From the NCBI GenBank assembly GCA_002495645.1, contig DAGF01000091.1:1-49476 (forward strand): a stretch of DNA of 49,476 nt, written 5' to 3'. The DNA is from Euryarchaeota archaeon UBA549. GTDB lineage: Archaea > Thermoplasmatota > Poseidoniia > Poseidoniales > Poseidoniaceae. The notes under the pieces are model-generated. The model was not told where the DNA came from. It saw only the letters and a list, made by a program, of their open reading frames with translations, and made no database searches. Shown here piece after piece: positions 8,781 to 19,458 of the stretch. The first letter of the stretch is position 1; the number at the start of each line of letters is the position of its first letter. The translations under genes were made by a program, and so were the position numbers.

Positions 8781-10853
8781 TCATACAAGGGAGATTTTGC
8801 TTTGGACTTCGGGTGTGAGTCGGTCGATGACCGCTTCAAGGCGCTCGACAAGACTGGCTTTCTGCTCGTGCTTGATGAGTGCATACTGCATGACTTCGTC
8901 AAGTGTGTCAACAGCGACGACCTCAACCATGTCCTCAAATCGGTCGTCCAGGAGAACGTCTTGCATGTTGGCACGAGGCACAACGATGGTTTTGACACCG
9001 GACCGAGCGGCGGCTTCAATCTTCGCCGTTACGCCACCGATGGGGAGGACCTCTCCACGAACAGAAAGCGAGCCCGTCATGGCAAGGTCTTGGCGAATGG
9101 GGATGTTCTCAAGCGCAGAAATGATGGCGGTGGCGATGGTGATGGAGGCTGAGTCGCCGTCCACACCGTGCGTGTCAACGAATTGAATGTGGATATCGTA
9201 ATCCGAGATGTCTTTGCCCGTGAGTTTCTTGATGACGGCGCTGACATTGGTCACGCTTTCTTTGGCCAAATCAGACAGCCCACCCGTGGCGTGGATTTTC
9301 CCTCCGCCGCCTTGCGAGGGCGTCACCAAGGCTTCGACTGGAAGCATGATGCCGCTGAAGTCGGAAAGTCCGGAGTTGGCACCGAGCACGGCCAGGCCGT
9401 TGACACGACCAACACGCTCGCCGCTGTTGACCAGCATGGCGTAATCTTGGCGGCGTTCAATCATGCGGTCAGCGACCTGTTGTTCCAGCGGCTTGGCGAT
9501 GTTGCGGGCACCGAGAACATGCTCAGCCGAAGTGAAGGGCACGCCAGCTTCAACGGCCAAATCCCCAGCGATTCGGACCAAACCACCGAGTTCACGAAGT
9601 CGCAGGGAGAGTTTTCCTCGGCGACCAGCACGGCGTTGGGCTTCACGGAGAATGATGGCGACGGCGCTCTTGTCAAAGTGTGGAATCTCACGAACGGTGT
9701 CTTGGTCCCGCAGGACCTCTTGAGCGATGAAGCGAATCAAGCGGCGGCGGTTTCGAGAGGTGTCGGGCATCTCCGAATTGACATAGACCTCGTAGCCGTA
9801 GCCACGAATACGGCTTCGGAGTGCAGGGTGCATGCCTTGGATGGCATCGAGGTTTCCTGCTGCGATCAAAATGAAGTCGCAGGGGACCGGTTCGGTCTTG
9901 GTCAGTGCACCCGAAGAACGCTCCGAGCGGCCAGAAATGGGGAAGGCACGGTCTTGCATGGCCGTGAGCAAAGCCTGCTGTTCTTCGAGGCGAAGCAGGT
10001 TGATTTCGTCAATGTAGAGCACACCTTTGTGGGCACGATGAATGGCACCAGGCTCAACGCGATCGTGGGCAGGCGTTTCCATACCGCCAGACTGGAAAGG
10101 GTCGTGGCGTACATCGCCGAGCAACGAGCCTGAGAGCGTGGCTGTTGCATCAACAAAGGGTGGCAATTCGTTGAGGTCGTGCTTGACGAGCACCTTCGGA
10201 ATACGGCTGTCATCGGCAGCACCGAGACGGCTTCGGATGAACATGTATCCGAAGACGAGCAGGAACCCGCCAAAGAGCAGCGTGAACAAATCACCGGATT
10301 GAAGCGCTGCGATGAGCAGCAAAAATCCGATAGCGGCAAAGGCGATGAAGAGCATGCGCTGCGATTTTTCGCGCTGTTGGCGAATGGCTTCTTTCTGAAC
10401 CTTCACGATGCGTTCGGCTCGCCCGGCAGGCACCGTGCGAACGCGGGGAACGTTCTCGTCGTCTTCGTTGGGGTAAACCAGCACATCCTCGAGAGCGTCC
10501 TTGGGAAGCAAGTCCGTCATCGACTTGGCCAGCATTGACTTCCCCGTTCCGGGGTCGCCGATCATCAACATGTGGCGGCGCTGCTCAGCGGCTTTCTTGA
10601 TGACCACTGAACCGGCTTCTTGACCGATGACCTGGTCGACGAGTCGCTCAGGGATTGGGACATCAGCCGTGGATTCGAATTCAACATCGGCGATCCACTC
10701 CTCGATGGAGGTGCTGAGGATTTCATCAGCCCCGGTGGGTTCAGGCGACCAGATGGTAGCCATGTCGTCCTGACGAGCATCCGACTCGCCTTGAGTCTCC
10801 TGAGGGACCTCCTCAGAATCCTCAACAGGAACCTCCACGTTGTCTTCGGCCAC
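8781..10853 (-). CDS. lonB: Archaeal membrane-anchored ATP-dependent protease LonB
   Basis: DQVIGQE, Walker A GDPGTGKS, two TM helices inside the AAA+ domain, Walker B LYIDEI, catalytic DGDSAS and KIEAA dyad. Start is probably GTG 10853 after a GAGGAG SD (ORF track gives 10871). Confidence 0.95.
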   Translation of the reverse strand: MAEDNVEVPVEDSEEVPQETQGESDARQDDMATIWSPEPTGADEILSTSIEEWIADVEFESTADVPIPERLVDQVIGQEAGSVVIKKAAEQRRHMLMIGDPGTGKSMLAKSMTDLLPKDALEDVLVYPNEDDENVPRVRTVPAGRAERIVKVQKEAIRQQREKSQRMLFIAFAAIGFLLLIAALQSGDLFTLLFGGFLLVFGYMFIRSRLGAADDSRIPKVLVKHDLNELPPFVDATATLSGSLLGDVRHDPFQSGGMETPAHDRVEPGAIHRAHKGVLYIDEINLLRLEEQQALLTAMQDRAFPISGRSERSSGALTKTEPVPCDFILIAAGNLDAIQGMHPALRSRIRGYGYEVYVNSEMPDTSRNRRRLIRFIAQEVLRDQDTVREIPHFDKSAVAIILREAQRRAGRRGKLSLRLRELGGLVRIAGDLAVEAGVPFTSAEHVLGARNIAKPLEQQVADRMIERRQDYAMLVNSGERVGRVNGLAVLGANSGLSDFSGIMLPVEALVTPSQGGGGKIHATGGLSDLAKESVTNVSAVIKKLTGKDISDYDIHIQFVDTHGVDGDSASITIATAIISALENIPIRQDLAMTGSLSVRGEVLPIGGVTAKIEAAARSGVKTIVVPRANMQDVLLDDRFEDMVEVVAVDTLDEVMQYALIKHEQKASLVERLEAVIDRLTPEVQSKISLV

Positions 10854-10928
10854 GTTACTTCCTCTCCTCACTCCCCTTTAGGGCTATGCTTTTCTTACAA
10901 CCCCTGTCAAGGGGTCATAAATCTTGCA

Positions 10929-13900
10929 TCACTGGTTGTTCATTTGGTCCAGATATTGCTGGCCGTAATAGGTCCACTGCTCCATGGTCCAACCTGCTGG
11001 TAGACCGGTGGGGGGCAAAGGTGGCCCTGCTGGGGCTGCGACAGGAGCAGGCGGTGGTGCAACGGCTGCAATCGGGGGAACCGCTGCAACAGGAGCGACG
11101 GGTTGCTGGAAGATGTCTTGAGCACCGCCGTACATCGAATTGGCCACGGCGTCATGGACGGGCAGGTTTGCCTCGTTCCACTTGGTTTCTTCAGGCTGAC
11201 CGCCGCCGCCTCGAATAAACATCAGGCCGAGCAGAGCAGCAACGATCAACACACCGATAACAATCAGGATGAGGTTCATGTTCATGCCATCTTCTTCGCC
11301 CGAAGTGCTGCCTTGAACTTCGTCCACGGGGCAGTTGGCACGCGTGTCCTCACATGCAGCGTCAAATTTGGTGTTCAATTCCATCAATCGTGCCTCAAGC
11401 GAAGCTTTGTCCTGCGTGTTTGCTGGGTCGGCGAGTTGCTCTTCAACTTCAGCGATGTCGTCAATCAGTTCGCCGACATACCAGTCGAGGAGGACCTCTT
11501 CCATTTCAGCAGGCTCTGGAAGCGACTCGGTTGTGAGCCACTTCGTGGTGTCCCTGGTCTTGTAATCTTGACCGGTGTCGTCCACGGCTTGAACGGTGAG
11601 ACCGATGTAGTCCATGTCTCGCATACCGTTGACACGGGCGAATCCACCATCGCCGTAGGACGAGGGGATGTTCATTTCTTGCGTCCATCCGGTGTTGGAG
11701 CGAGACATATCCAAGTCGTATTCCCAGAAACCATCGCACGTACCCGAGAGTTCATTGCACAGCGACCAGGTCACCGAGATGACCGTGAACGTTGGTGCAG
11801 ATTCGGTCAACTTGAACGATGCCGTAGGTGTTTGGGACTCGTAGGTGTAGTTCATCATGTCCACAAAGAGGTGGCCAGACCCGTCATCTGTCTTGGATAC
11901 ATAGAAATCTAAGGAATCGAAGACGTTTACGGTGATTTCATAGCTGTTCGTTGCGTACCCATCCGTGGTCGAGATGGTCACGGTTTGGACGCCAACTTCC
12001 TCAAAGTTGAGAATGAGGTCGCCGGTGACCAATCGGGCCGAACCCGTCTCGGTTGACTGAGGGTTGTTCACCCAGTAGGTACCTTGCGGACTGTCAACGT
12101 CGGTGAGGCGGCTGTTGAGGTTGATGATCTTCTGGCGGTTGGTCTTCAACGAGAATTCCTCAATGTCCGTCAAGTCAAGACGAGGAGCGTCGTTGATGGG
12201 ATTGACACGGAGGGTAATCGTTTGGTCCGACCACTGAACGCCGTCGCTGGCTCGGAGTTTCACCGTGGTCTCGCCGTTCACATCGTCGTCCACCGTTTCA
12301 AAGCCAAGGGTTTTATCGCGCAGTTCAACGGTGAAGACTTCAGGGTTCGAGTTTTCGAGAATTTCAATCGATAAAGCCGAAGTGTCTGCTGGCTGACCGT
12401 TATCGTCGGTGTCGGAGAGGTAGTCAGACAAGGTCAAAAGTCCGCTTCCACCCTCATCAATGACTTGAATCGGCAAGCCTGCCCATCGAGGTTGGCCGTT
12501 TTCAATGACGTTGAAGAGCAACGTTCCGTAGGGAAGTTCGCCCGTGTCGGAGTAATCTCCACCGTCGTCAACCTTGACCTCAATGCCTTTCTGGCCGAGT
12601 GGACAACCGTTGTCAAACGGGAAGAGGACCTCGATTTCTTCGGAGTCGGCGTGCCACGCAACGAAGTTTTCGCTGCTGCTCGTAATGACGAGGTCGCCCA
12701 AGGGCGTTTCAGGGTCGGAGACATGGCCAACCATGCTCACCTTGGTGCTCGTATCACACATGACGGTTGGAACGGGGTCAGCAACGATGAGTGGGCGGCC
12801 GTTGGCCAGTTCAAACATGTCGCTCACGACCGACCAGTCACTGGTCTGGCCACGGCTGTCCACCGAACGGGTGCGCACGTCGTAATCACCAGCGCTCATG
12901 GTTGCTGTGGGGGTCACGAAGTATTGTCGGCCCTCTTGGGGAGAGTCCCGATAGAGGACGGTCTCGCCACCAGAAACCAAACTTGAGTCCCAGAGGTTTG
13001 CACCTGCTGCCGAGACCTCGATTTCAAAGCTCATGGAGTCGATGTCGTCGACGTTGTCGTTGGGGTCGCCCTTGGCAAGTACTTCGACAGACTCACCACG
13101 CTGAACGACATTATCACCGAGAACTTGAGGCGTCTTTGAGAGCGGAGCACGATCGTGGTTCACGCCAATTTCTTGGACGTTATTGCTGGAGGCCATGTCG
13201 CCGGTGATGCCGGTAAGTCGGGCACCGAAGTTGGTGGACCACACGTTGCTTGGAAGGTTTGAGGTATCAAAGGTGGCGGTGCCAGTCAAGTAAGGTGAGC
13301 CGGGAGCGACGTTGAGTGTCGGGATGGACACGGTGTCAATCGCCGTGATGGTGGCGCCGTTCTTGTAGAAGAATTCGAGCGAGCCACCGCTGGTGTAGTC
13401 GAGGTCACCGGTGTTCTTGACATCGGCTTCAAGGGTCACTGTGTCCCCACGGACGTAAGAGTCGGTGCCTTGGTCGTTGGTCACCGTGAGGCCGGAGACG
13501 CTGATGTCCATCTTGGGACCCATGGTTGAGTCGATAGCGTGGTAAACGTGAGGACTGCTGCCACCCACCGACACTTGGTTTCCACTCATGAGGGCGGCCA
13601 CGACAATGGCCTTGCTGATTCCGCCAGGAACGACGGAGGTCGGCACGGAGGTCCAGGTCTCTGTGGCTTCAGTAGAGGAAACGGAGACGCTGTGGAAAGC
13701 GGTTCCGGAGCCAGCACCCTTCGACTTGTAGGTGTCGCCAGCGGTGAGCCAAGCCATCCAGCAGTTGTAGCCGTGAGGAATACCTGAGGAGTAGGAGTAG
13801 CCTGTGCAGTCCTTGTCAACAAGAGCGGCATAGAGCTTCATGTTGGAAGCAGGGGTGCCTGAACCCTTGTACTTGTAGGAGATGCTGATGTCGTAGTTGC

Positions 13901-14414
13901 CACCGTTCTGTGAAACGGCTGCGGACATTCCGTAATCGTTCACGGTGCTGTGCATGCCGCCGCCGCTTGAGAACTGGCTGTCATAGGTGTCGTAGTTGGA
14001 GGATGCACCTTGTTGGCGCTTGTCGTTGCGGTCCCCAAAGTAGGCATCGGGAGCACCGCCCGTTGACCATGGCCAGTTGTAGGGGGCGACGTTGCCAGCA
14101 CGAGCGGTGTCGGTGTCGCCGAAGGATGCCGACATGTAGGTGATGTAGACATACTCGTCGGGGTGGTTCTGCTTGATGGCGTGGTGGGCATCGGAGCCTC
14201 CGCCCGTCTTGGAACAGTGGCCGCAGTTATCCGAAGAGATGTACTGTCCAAAGACAACATGGCCGGGGCTGGTTGCTTGAGACGGGTTCTGAACGACGGG
14301 TTCTTCCTCCAATTCGATGGCTGGTTGGTACAATTCAGCCATCATGCCTGAAGCAAGACTGCCGAGGAAAACGGCAACGATGACAAGGGCGAGGCTACGC
14401 GAAGCGGTATTCAT
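10929..14414 (-). CDS. Large secreted single-pass surface protein: thioredoxin/Omp28-like CxxC domain, CARDB/Ig/cadherin-like repeats, C-terminal TM and Pro/Trp tail
   Basis: Signal peptide, NCGHC, VKNTGDLD (CARDB-like), VNPINDAP (cadherin-like), TM LILIVIGVLIVAALLGLMFI and tail GPPLPPTGLPAGWTMEQWTYYGQQYL. Confidence 0.75.
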   Translation of the reverse strand: MNTASRSLALVIVAVFLGSLASGMMAELYQPAIELEEEPVVQNPSQATSPGHVVFGQYISSDNCGHCSKTGGGSDAHHAIKQNHPDEYVYITYMSASFGDTDTARAGNVAPYNWPWSTGGAPDAYFGDRNDKRQQGASSNYDTYDSQFSSGGGMHSTVNDYGMSAAVSQNGGNYDISISYKYKGSGTPASNMKLYAALVDKDCTGYSYSSGIPHGYNCWMAWLTAGDTYKSKGAGSGTAFHSVSVSSTEATETWTSVPTSVVPGGISKAIVVAALMSGNQVSVGGSSPHVYHAIDSTMGPKMDISVSGLTVTNDQGTDSYVRGDTVTLEADVKNTGDLDYTSGGSLEFFYKNGATITAIDTVSIPTLNVAPGSPYLTGTATFDTSNLPSNVWSTNFGARLTGITGDMASSNNVQEIGVNHDRAPLSKTPQVLGDNVVQRGESVEVLAKGDPNDNVDDIDSMSFEIEVSAAGANLWDSSLVSGGETVLYRDSPQEGRQYFVTPTATMSAGDYDVRTRSVDSRGQTSDWSVVSDMFELANGRPLIVADPVPTVMCDTSTKVSMVGHVSDPETPLGDLVITSSSENFVAWHADSEEIEVLFPFDNGCPLGQKGIEVKVDDGGDYSDTGELPYGTLLFNVIENGQPRWAGLPIQVIDEGGSGLLTLSDYLSDTDDNGQPADTSALSIEILENSNPEVFTVELRDKTLGFETVDDDVNGETTVKLRASDGVQWSDQTITLRVNPINDAPRLDLTDIEEFSLKTNRQKIINLNSRLTDVDSPQGTYWVNNPQSTETGSARLVTGDLILNFEEVGVQTVTISTTDGYATNSYEITVNVFDSLDFYVSKTDDGSGHLFVDMMNYTYESQTPTASFKLTESAPTFTVISVTWSLCNELSGTCDGFWEYDLDMSRSNTGWTQEMNIPSSYGDGGFARVNGMRDMDYIGLTVQAVDDTGQDYKTRDTTKWLTTESLPEPAEMEEVLLDWYVGELIDDIAEVEEQLADPANTQDKASLEARLMELNTKFDAACEDTRANCPVDEVQGSTSGEEDGMNMNLILIVIGVLIVAALLGLMFIRGGGGQPEETKWNEANLPVHDAVANSMYGGAQDIFQQPVAPVAAVPPIAAVAPPPAPVAAPAGPPLPPTGLPAGWTMEQWTYYGQQYLDQMNNQ

Positions 14415-14548
14415 GTTAATAGCACACTTCCGCGGGTATATGAACTACTCGCCCTGTTGACAGTGGCACTGCTTTTCGAATTTTGTGCAGTTGCCCGTTA
14501 ATAGCCCTCCATGCGAACCTTAACATCAACCACCCTGTGCGCTTCGTT

Positions 14549-15331
14549 GTGACTTCCGGAGATTGGGCCGTCTTGGTCGAGGAGAACGGCAAAACATACG
14601 TCGTTGAATTGGTTGACCAGCAGGTCAAAATCAAAGGATTGGGAGTCTTCAACCCTCAACAGAAGTTGGCTGATGTCACCGTCGATGAGCGGGTGGAAAT
14701 CGGACAAAAGGAACTCAAGCGAGTCGCACCCCGCCTCCCTGAATTGAGTCGGGGCATGGTGCGCCGTGCGCAGACCATCGGCAGCAAAGATGCCGGCTTT
14801 TTCATTGCCAAACTCGGCCTCGGCCCCGGCGACAGTGTCCTGGAAGCCGGCATCGGAAGCGGTGGCCTCTCGATGTACATTCAACGTGTCCTCGGCACCA
14901 ACGGCACACATGTGACCGTTGAACCGAGAGGTGAGCACTCCGAGGTGGCACTTGAGAATCTGCAGCGTGCTGCCGCCTGTTGGGAAGAAACGCCCAACCA
15001 CCACCACATCGAAGGCACGATTGAAGCATCAATTGAGGCCATCAAGACTGTCAGCGATGGTTTTCATGCCATCGTTCTTGACCTGCCCGAGCACCCGAGT
15101 GCCATTCAGGCGACGGCTGAACTCCTTTTGCCGGGTGGCCGGCTCGCATGCTATTGCCCCGTTAGTTCACAGATGGAGCGAGCTTGGGAAGCCTGTGAAG
15201 CCGCTGAGTTGAGCGTTGAGTGGGCTGGTGAACTGATGGAACGAGAGTGGGGGCGTGCCTCAAAGGGCGGCATGCGACCGGTCAACGGTCCGTTTGGACA
15301 CACGGCCTTCCTTCTGGTCGCCCAGCGTTGA
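14549..15331 (+). CDS. trmI: tRNA (adenine-57/58-N1)-methyltransferase TrmI-like
   Basis: RRAQTIGSKDAG, SAM motif VLEAGIGSGGLS, VLDLPEH and the C-terminal RP...GHTAFL. Start uncertain (GTG 14537 or 14549). Confidence 0.88.
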   Translation: MTSGDWAVLVEENGKTYVVELVDQQVKIKGLGVFNPQQKLADVTVDERVEIGQKELKRVAPRLPELSRGMVRRAQTIGSKDAGFFIAKLGLGPGDSVLEAGIGSGGLSMYIQRVLGTNGTHVTVEPRGEHSEVALENLQRAAACWEETPNHHHIEGTIEASIEAIKTVSDGFHAIVLDLPEHPSAIQATAELLLPGGRLACYCPVSSQMERAWEACEAAELSVEWAGELMEREWGRASKGGMRPVNGPFGHTAFLLVAQR

Positions 15332-15334
15332 TGA

Positions 15335-18300
15335 TCACTCAATGACTCGGATCTTATTGTCGCATTGCGGACAGGTAAAGCGGAACGGTGGCACGCTGCC
15401 TCGAGGGACGCCCAATCGTGCGCCGCATGAGGGGCAGTTCACCTTTGATTCACCGTCGAGTCGGCATTCATTGTAGCCGAGTTCGGGCAGGTCTTTTTCT
15501 TCCTCCTCTTCTTCAGCCTCGTCTTCCTCTTCTGCTTCAAGAACATCCACTGGTTTGGAGGTCCTGCGACGCAGCATTTGGATGGCCAGGATGGCCAAGA
15601 GCCAACCCCCGCCCATGACGCCCAGTGCCACCGGCTGACTGACGCTGACGCCGAGAGGTAACGAGAGGCCGTTTGGAGGTATCGCTGGCCCCTCAATGGA
15701 GACCGGCAACGGCACGGATTCATCGGTAATCAACACCCCTCCACCGGCGGATGTCGCACGAATCACGATTTCGGAGGATGCCGTACGCGCCGTGTTAGAG
15801 ATAACGGTCATTTGGAAGTCAACGCTGGAGCCGGGCGTAAGGGTGTAGTCTGTGGTTACTTGGTCATCACTCATACGTACCCACTCCAACACCACCAGTC
15901 CAGTGTCCTGTCCAAAGGCATCCAAGGTTCCCGAAACTTGGGCGTTGCCGAGGTTTTGAACCGTCAAGATGGTCGTCGTGGAGCTGTCAACCCCAAGAGA
16001 GAGGCGCCCGTCGGCAAAGGAAAGCGCAACCAGAGCATCCCCTGGCCAATCGGCTTCCACCGTGTAAAGCGTGCTCTGTTCAATGACAACGTTGCTTCGA
16101 ACACCGCTCACGGCACGGAAGGAGATGCCTTTCTGGCCTGCCTCGGCGCTGTTGGGAACCACGCATGACCAGCCATAATATTCTGTGGAAAGTCCCGGCG
16201 CAACGGTGATGGAGACATCAAGGCCACAATCAACACCGACCGTGGTGATGGAGAAGGTGTCCTCGGTGTTGCCGGTGTTGGTCAACACAAGCGTCCCGTA
16301 AACCGACCCACCGGGAGCGGCTGAATCAACGTCGGCCAACACGGTCATGCTGGCGCCAACCGAGACGGGTTGAACGGTCATGAGAACCTCATCATGAACC
16401 TCTGAGTTGGTCGTGGAGACAACTCGGAGCGTGTAAATGACGCCCGCATCGGGTGCACCCGTGGCGATTTCTCGAACACCGATGGAAATCGGTTGAGTCG
16501 CCCCGGAGTCAAGTTGGAACGTGGTTGGAGAAACAGTGAATTCAAACCAGTTGCCCTGGCTTTCCGTGGTCCATTCAACGAGGTAAACATCGGATGCTGT
16601 ACCGAGGTTGGTCGCGTCGACAATCGCCGACGAAACGCTGGCGGGACTCGCCAAAAGGCGGTCTTGAACGGTGTTCACGGCAACCTGCTCACGTTCGACC
16701 ACCACGACCTCAAAGGTGTAGGATACACTCAACGAACCTGAAAGGTAGGTGAGCGTGGCTGTTGAGGTTCCGGGTGTGGCCCCCGTTGCGGCTGCAAACG
16801 TCATGACAACCGATTGTTGCTCGGACTGCTCAAGGTCAACAGCACCAACATCAAAGGTGACATCCACAGCCGAAGGGAGACCGGCAAGGGTCGGCGTCAA
16901 GGAAAGGCTTGAGGTCCCCGTGTTGTGGAGAACCACGGACAGGTTATTGGTTGAGCCAGGGGCGATGAGCACACGATTTTCACTTGGCGGAACGATGTCA
17001 AGGCCGTCCACTTCAAGCAGTTGTATGTCAACGACAACAGTGGACGTTTGACCGTTGTAGGAGGTAGCAAAGGACTGCTGGAACAGGCCCGCAAGGTCAA
17101 CATCGCCCTTGGTGTTCACCGTCCACGTACCGATTTCGCCGGCAGCGACACTGACCCCGGAGGCCGAAACCAGCACCGTGTTGAGGGACGGCGATTCCAC
17201 AATATCGAGGAAGAAGATGGTTTCATCGCTGCCGTGGTTGTTGACGCGAACCTCGTAATTCGCACCGATATCAGGAACAACATCCACGGTGGCCATGGGC
17301 CCAGAGAGCGAGAAACTGACGTTCTCATCAATGTCGATGGTGAAGTCAAGTTCTTCCAACAGTACCGTTGCGTCATCGACAGCGTGGTGTCCGGTCAACC
17401 GGAGTGGACACTGGGCTGAGCTGTCGGCGTTTTCATCGACATCGACCACAACCTCCACTTCGCTGACCGCATCGGGCTGAAGGGCCAGTGTTTGCGGCGT
17501 CACAAGCGAAGCGGTGCAAGCCGTTGTGCCTGCAGAGGGTGGAACGGAGAGCGTCCAGTCAATGTTGAGGGGAGCATTTCCGGTGTTGGTGACCTGCACC
17601 CCGGTCGTGGTACTGGCACCTGGGAGGAAGACATCGCTTTGCCGTAGGAAAGCAGCACTTGCAGAGGGTTCGGCTTCAACCTCAACGACGATGATGGTTG
17701 ATGAGGTGATGTTCCCGTTGGTGGACCCAATGGTGAGGCGATAACCGTAGAAATCTGGGGCAGCATCGGATGGAACCGTGATGGAAAGGGTAGCTGAGGC
17801 TGAACCACCGGCGGGAATGTTGGTCAATTCGTCGTCCTGCCACTGGATGTACCAACCTTGGGGAATGGAGGAGCCAAGACCAAACGCAGCGGTGCCCGAA
17901 ACTTCCCACGGGTAGTAGGACATCCCGGTTGTCTGGTTGAACACCGTATCATCAGCGGCTTGCTGCAGGGCGAGCTTTACGTTGGCGTTCAAATTCACCG
18001 TGTCGTTGGAGCCCACGCAAGTTTCCCCGGTGGTGCTGGAATGGAAAACGCATGCAGCGAGGTAGGAACCTGAGAGCGAAGGATGGCTTCCGTCGCTGGT
18101 GTAGAGGTCGTAGAAGAGGTTGCCCGAGACGGTTGGGTCGTCGCCATCGGCAACCACACCGTCATGCACCGTTTTGTACGCCAGGCCCACGGGTGCAATC
18201 CAAACGCTGTTTCCTGCGTTTGAAATGTTCTCGGCATACCGAGTGTAGCCCTCGGTCAAGCGGGCCTGCATCGTGGTGAAATTATTGTTGAAACTGTTCG

Positions 18301-19336
18301 AGCTGTCGCCGTTTCGGTAACCCCATGTCATGAACAACATGGTCTGGCCACCTTCATCTTCGATGGCGTTGCTCAAGTTCACAACAGCATTCTTGCTCTG
18401 CTGCCACATCGAATTCGTGGTCGGGAAGGAAGGCACTTGGCTTTGGTCTTGAAGGATGACGTAATCCCAGTTTGAGCCTCTGAGCGTGGTGTTCCATTGA
18501 TTTCCGGAAGTGTTCACGTTTTGCCAGTGTTGGGGGAGTCTCATTCCCCCTGCGGTGACCGACTGAACCGTGGCGTTGTAGCCGTCAGCATCCATGACGT
18601 CCTCTACAACCGACGCCAAATTGTTGGCACCGGTGTAACTGTTCCCCATCATCATGACGGACACTGAAGGTGTGGTGGTGTTGGTCGTACCGTTGTTTCC
18701 GGTGCCGTTATCGCTGGAGTTTCCGGAGGAATTCCCGGAGGAGCCGTTGGTGTGGTTGGCCCACCATGCGGCAAGGTCAGGTTGAACCTCAACATCCAGT
18801 AGGAAGGTATCGGTGACCGTCCCGAGGTTGTGAGCCGTGAAACTCACATCGATGCTCTCACCTGTGGCCATGTGAACCAGCGGTGAGCCGACGGTCGCCA
18901 AGGACGGGTGATAGGCTGGAGCGACCGAGACGAGCACATCCAAGTGGGTGAAATCACCGGAATCCGGTTCGCTGACGTTGATGGTGAACGACCCGCTGTC
19001 AGCCACCGTCGCACCCTCGTCAAGGCGAACGACGATGGTGGTGTTCTTTGACCAGGTGGGGAAGACGTTGTCCACGGTTGCCTCCACGGGAAGGATGTTC
19101 CAGTATGAGGCGAGCGCACCGGTGTAAACACTGAGGTTGTAGGATTCAATGCTGGTCCCGTTATTTCCCACCGTGAGCGTGATGTTGGTGCTTTGCCCGG
19201 GCGTCAATACCACATGTTGCACATCCGTGCTGAGAAGAATGGGCTCATCGGCTGACGCCGAGCCGACCAGCGGAGACATGCTCATCATGAGCAAAACGAG
19301 GACACAAGCAACCGCACGGGCAGGTCGGCTGGACAT
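15335..19336 (-). CDS. Large surface protein: NEW3/CARDB-like Ig repeats with an inserted SGNH hydrolase domain, C-terminal TM, acidic stretch and Zn ribbon
   Basis: Repeated N.G...DTF/Y motifs, SGNH-like GNSYT..LQDQS..DGSHPS, TM followed by RRR, poly-Glu and CPSCG..CPQC. Start moved to ATG 19336 (signal peptide). Confidence 0.78.
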   Translation of the reverse strand: MSSRPARAVACVLVLLMMSMSPLVGSASADEPILLSTDVQHVVLTPGQSTNITLTVGNNGTSIESYNLSVYTGALASYWNILPVEATVDNVFPTWSKNTTIVVRLDEGATVADSGSFTINVSEPDSGDFTHLDVLVSVAPAYHPSLATVGSPLVHMATGESIDVSFTAHNLGTVTDTFLLDVEVQPDLAAWWANHTNGSSGNSSGNSSDNGTGNNGTTNTTTPSVSVMMMGNSYTGANNLASVVEDVMDADGYNATVQSVTAGGMRLPQHWQNVNTSGNQWNTTLRGSNWDYVILQDQSQVPSFPTTNSMWQQSKNAVVNLSNAIEDEGGQTMLFMTWGYRNGDSSNSFNNNFTTMQARLTEGYTRYAENISNAGNSVWIAPVGLAYKTVHDGVVADGDDPTVSGNLFYDLYTSDGSHPSLSGSYLAACVFHSSTTGETCVGSNDTVNLNANVKLALQQAADDTVFNQTTGMSYYPWEVSGTAAFGLGSSIPQGWYIQWQDDELTNIPAGGSASATLSITVPSDAAPDFYGYRLTIGSTNGNITSSTIIVVEVEAEPSASAAFLRQSDVFLPGASTTTGVQVTNTGNAPLNIDWTLSVPPSAGTTACTASLVTPQTLALQPDAVSEVEVVVDVDENADSSAQCPLRLTGHHAVDDATVLLEELDFTIDIDENVSFSLSGPMATVDVVPDIGANYEVRVNNHGSDETIFFLDIVESPSLNTVLVSASGVSVAAGEIGTWTVNTKGDVDLAGLFQQSFATSYNGQTSTVVVDIQLLEVDGLDIVPPSENRVLIAPGSTNNLSVVLHNTGTSSLSLTPTLAGLPSAVDVTFDVGAVDLEQSEQQSVVMTFAAATGATPGTSTATLTYLSGSLSVSYTFEVVVVEREQVAVNTVQDRLLASPASVSSAIVDATNLGTASDVYLVEWTTESQGNWFEFTVSPTTFQLDSGATQPISIGVREIATGAPDAGVIYTLRVVSTTNSEVHDEVLMTVQPVSVGASMTVLADVDSAAPGGSVYGTLVLTNTGNTEDTFSITTVGVDCGLDVSITVAPGLSTEYYGWSCVVPNSAEAGQKGISFRAVSGVRSNVVIEQSTLYTVEADWPGDALVALSFADGRLSLGVDSSTTTILTVQNLGNAQVSGTLDAFGQDTGLVVLEWVRMSDDQVTTDYTLTPGSSVDFQMTVISNTARTASSEIVIRATSAGGGVLITDESVPLPVSIEGPAIPPNGLSLPLGVSVSQPVALGVMGGGWLLAILAIQMLRRRTSKPVDVLEAEEEDEAEEEEEEKDLPELGYNECRLDGESKVNCPSCGARLGVPRGSVPPFRFTCPQCDNKIRVIE

Positions 19337-19458
19337 GGCATTACCAAAACGACACTGTTCAAGAGACTTCGGGCAACCCGACTCCTTCTTCTTTGGCTTT
19401 GGATTCAACCTAGTGCCCTCAGCGAATGGTTCATGTTCTGTGCCTCAACCCCAACGAC

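Noticed and set aside
8708..9019. N-terminal extensions in the ORF track (MFS to 9019, CPBP to 21977, panB from 31579, Lon-N from 30849, Zn protein from 2322)
   Set aside because: They overlap neighbouring genes and are non-homologous; downstream starts fit better.
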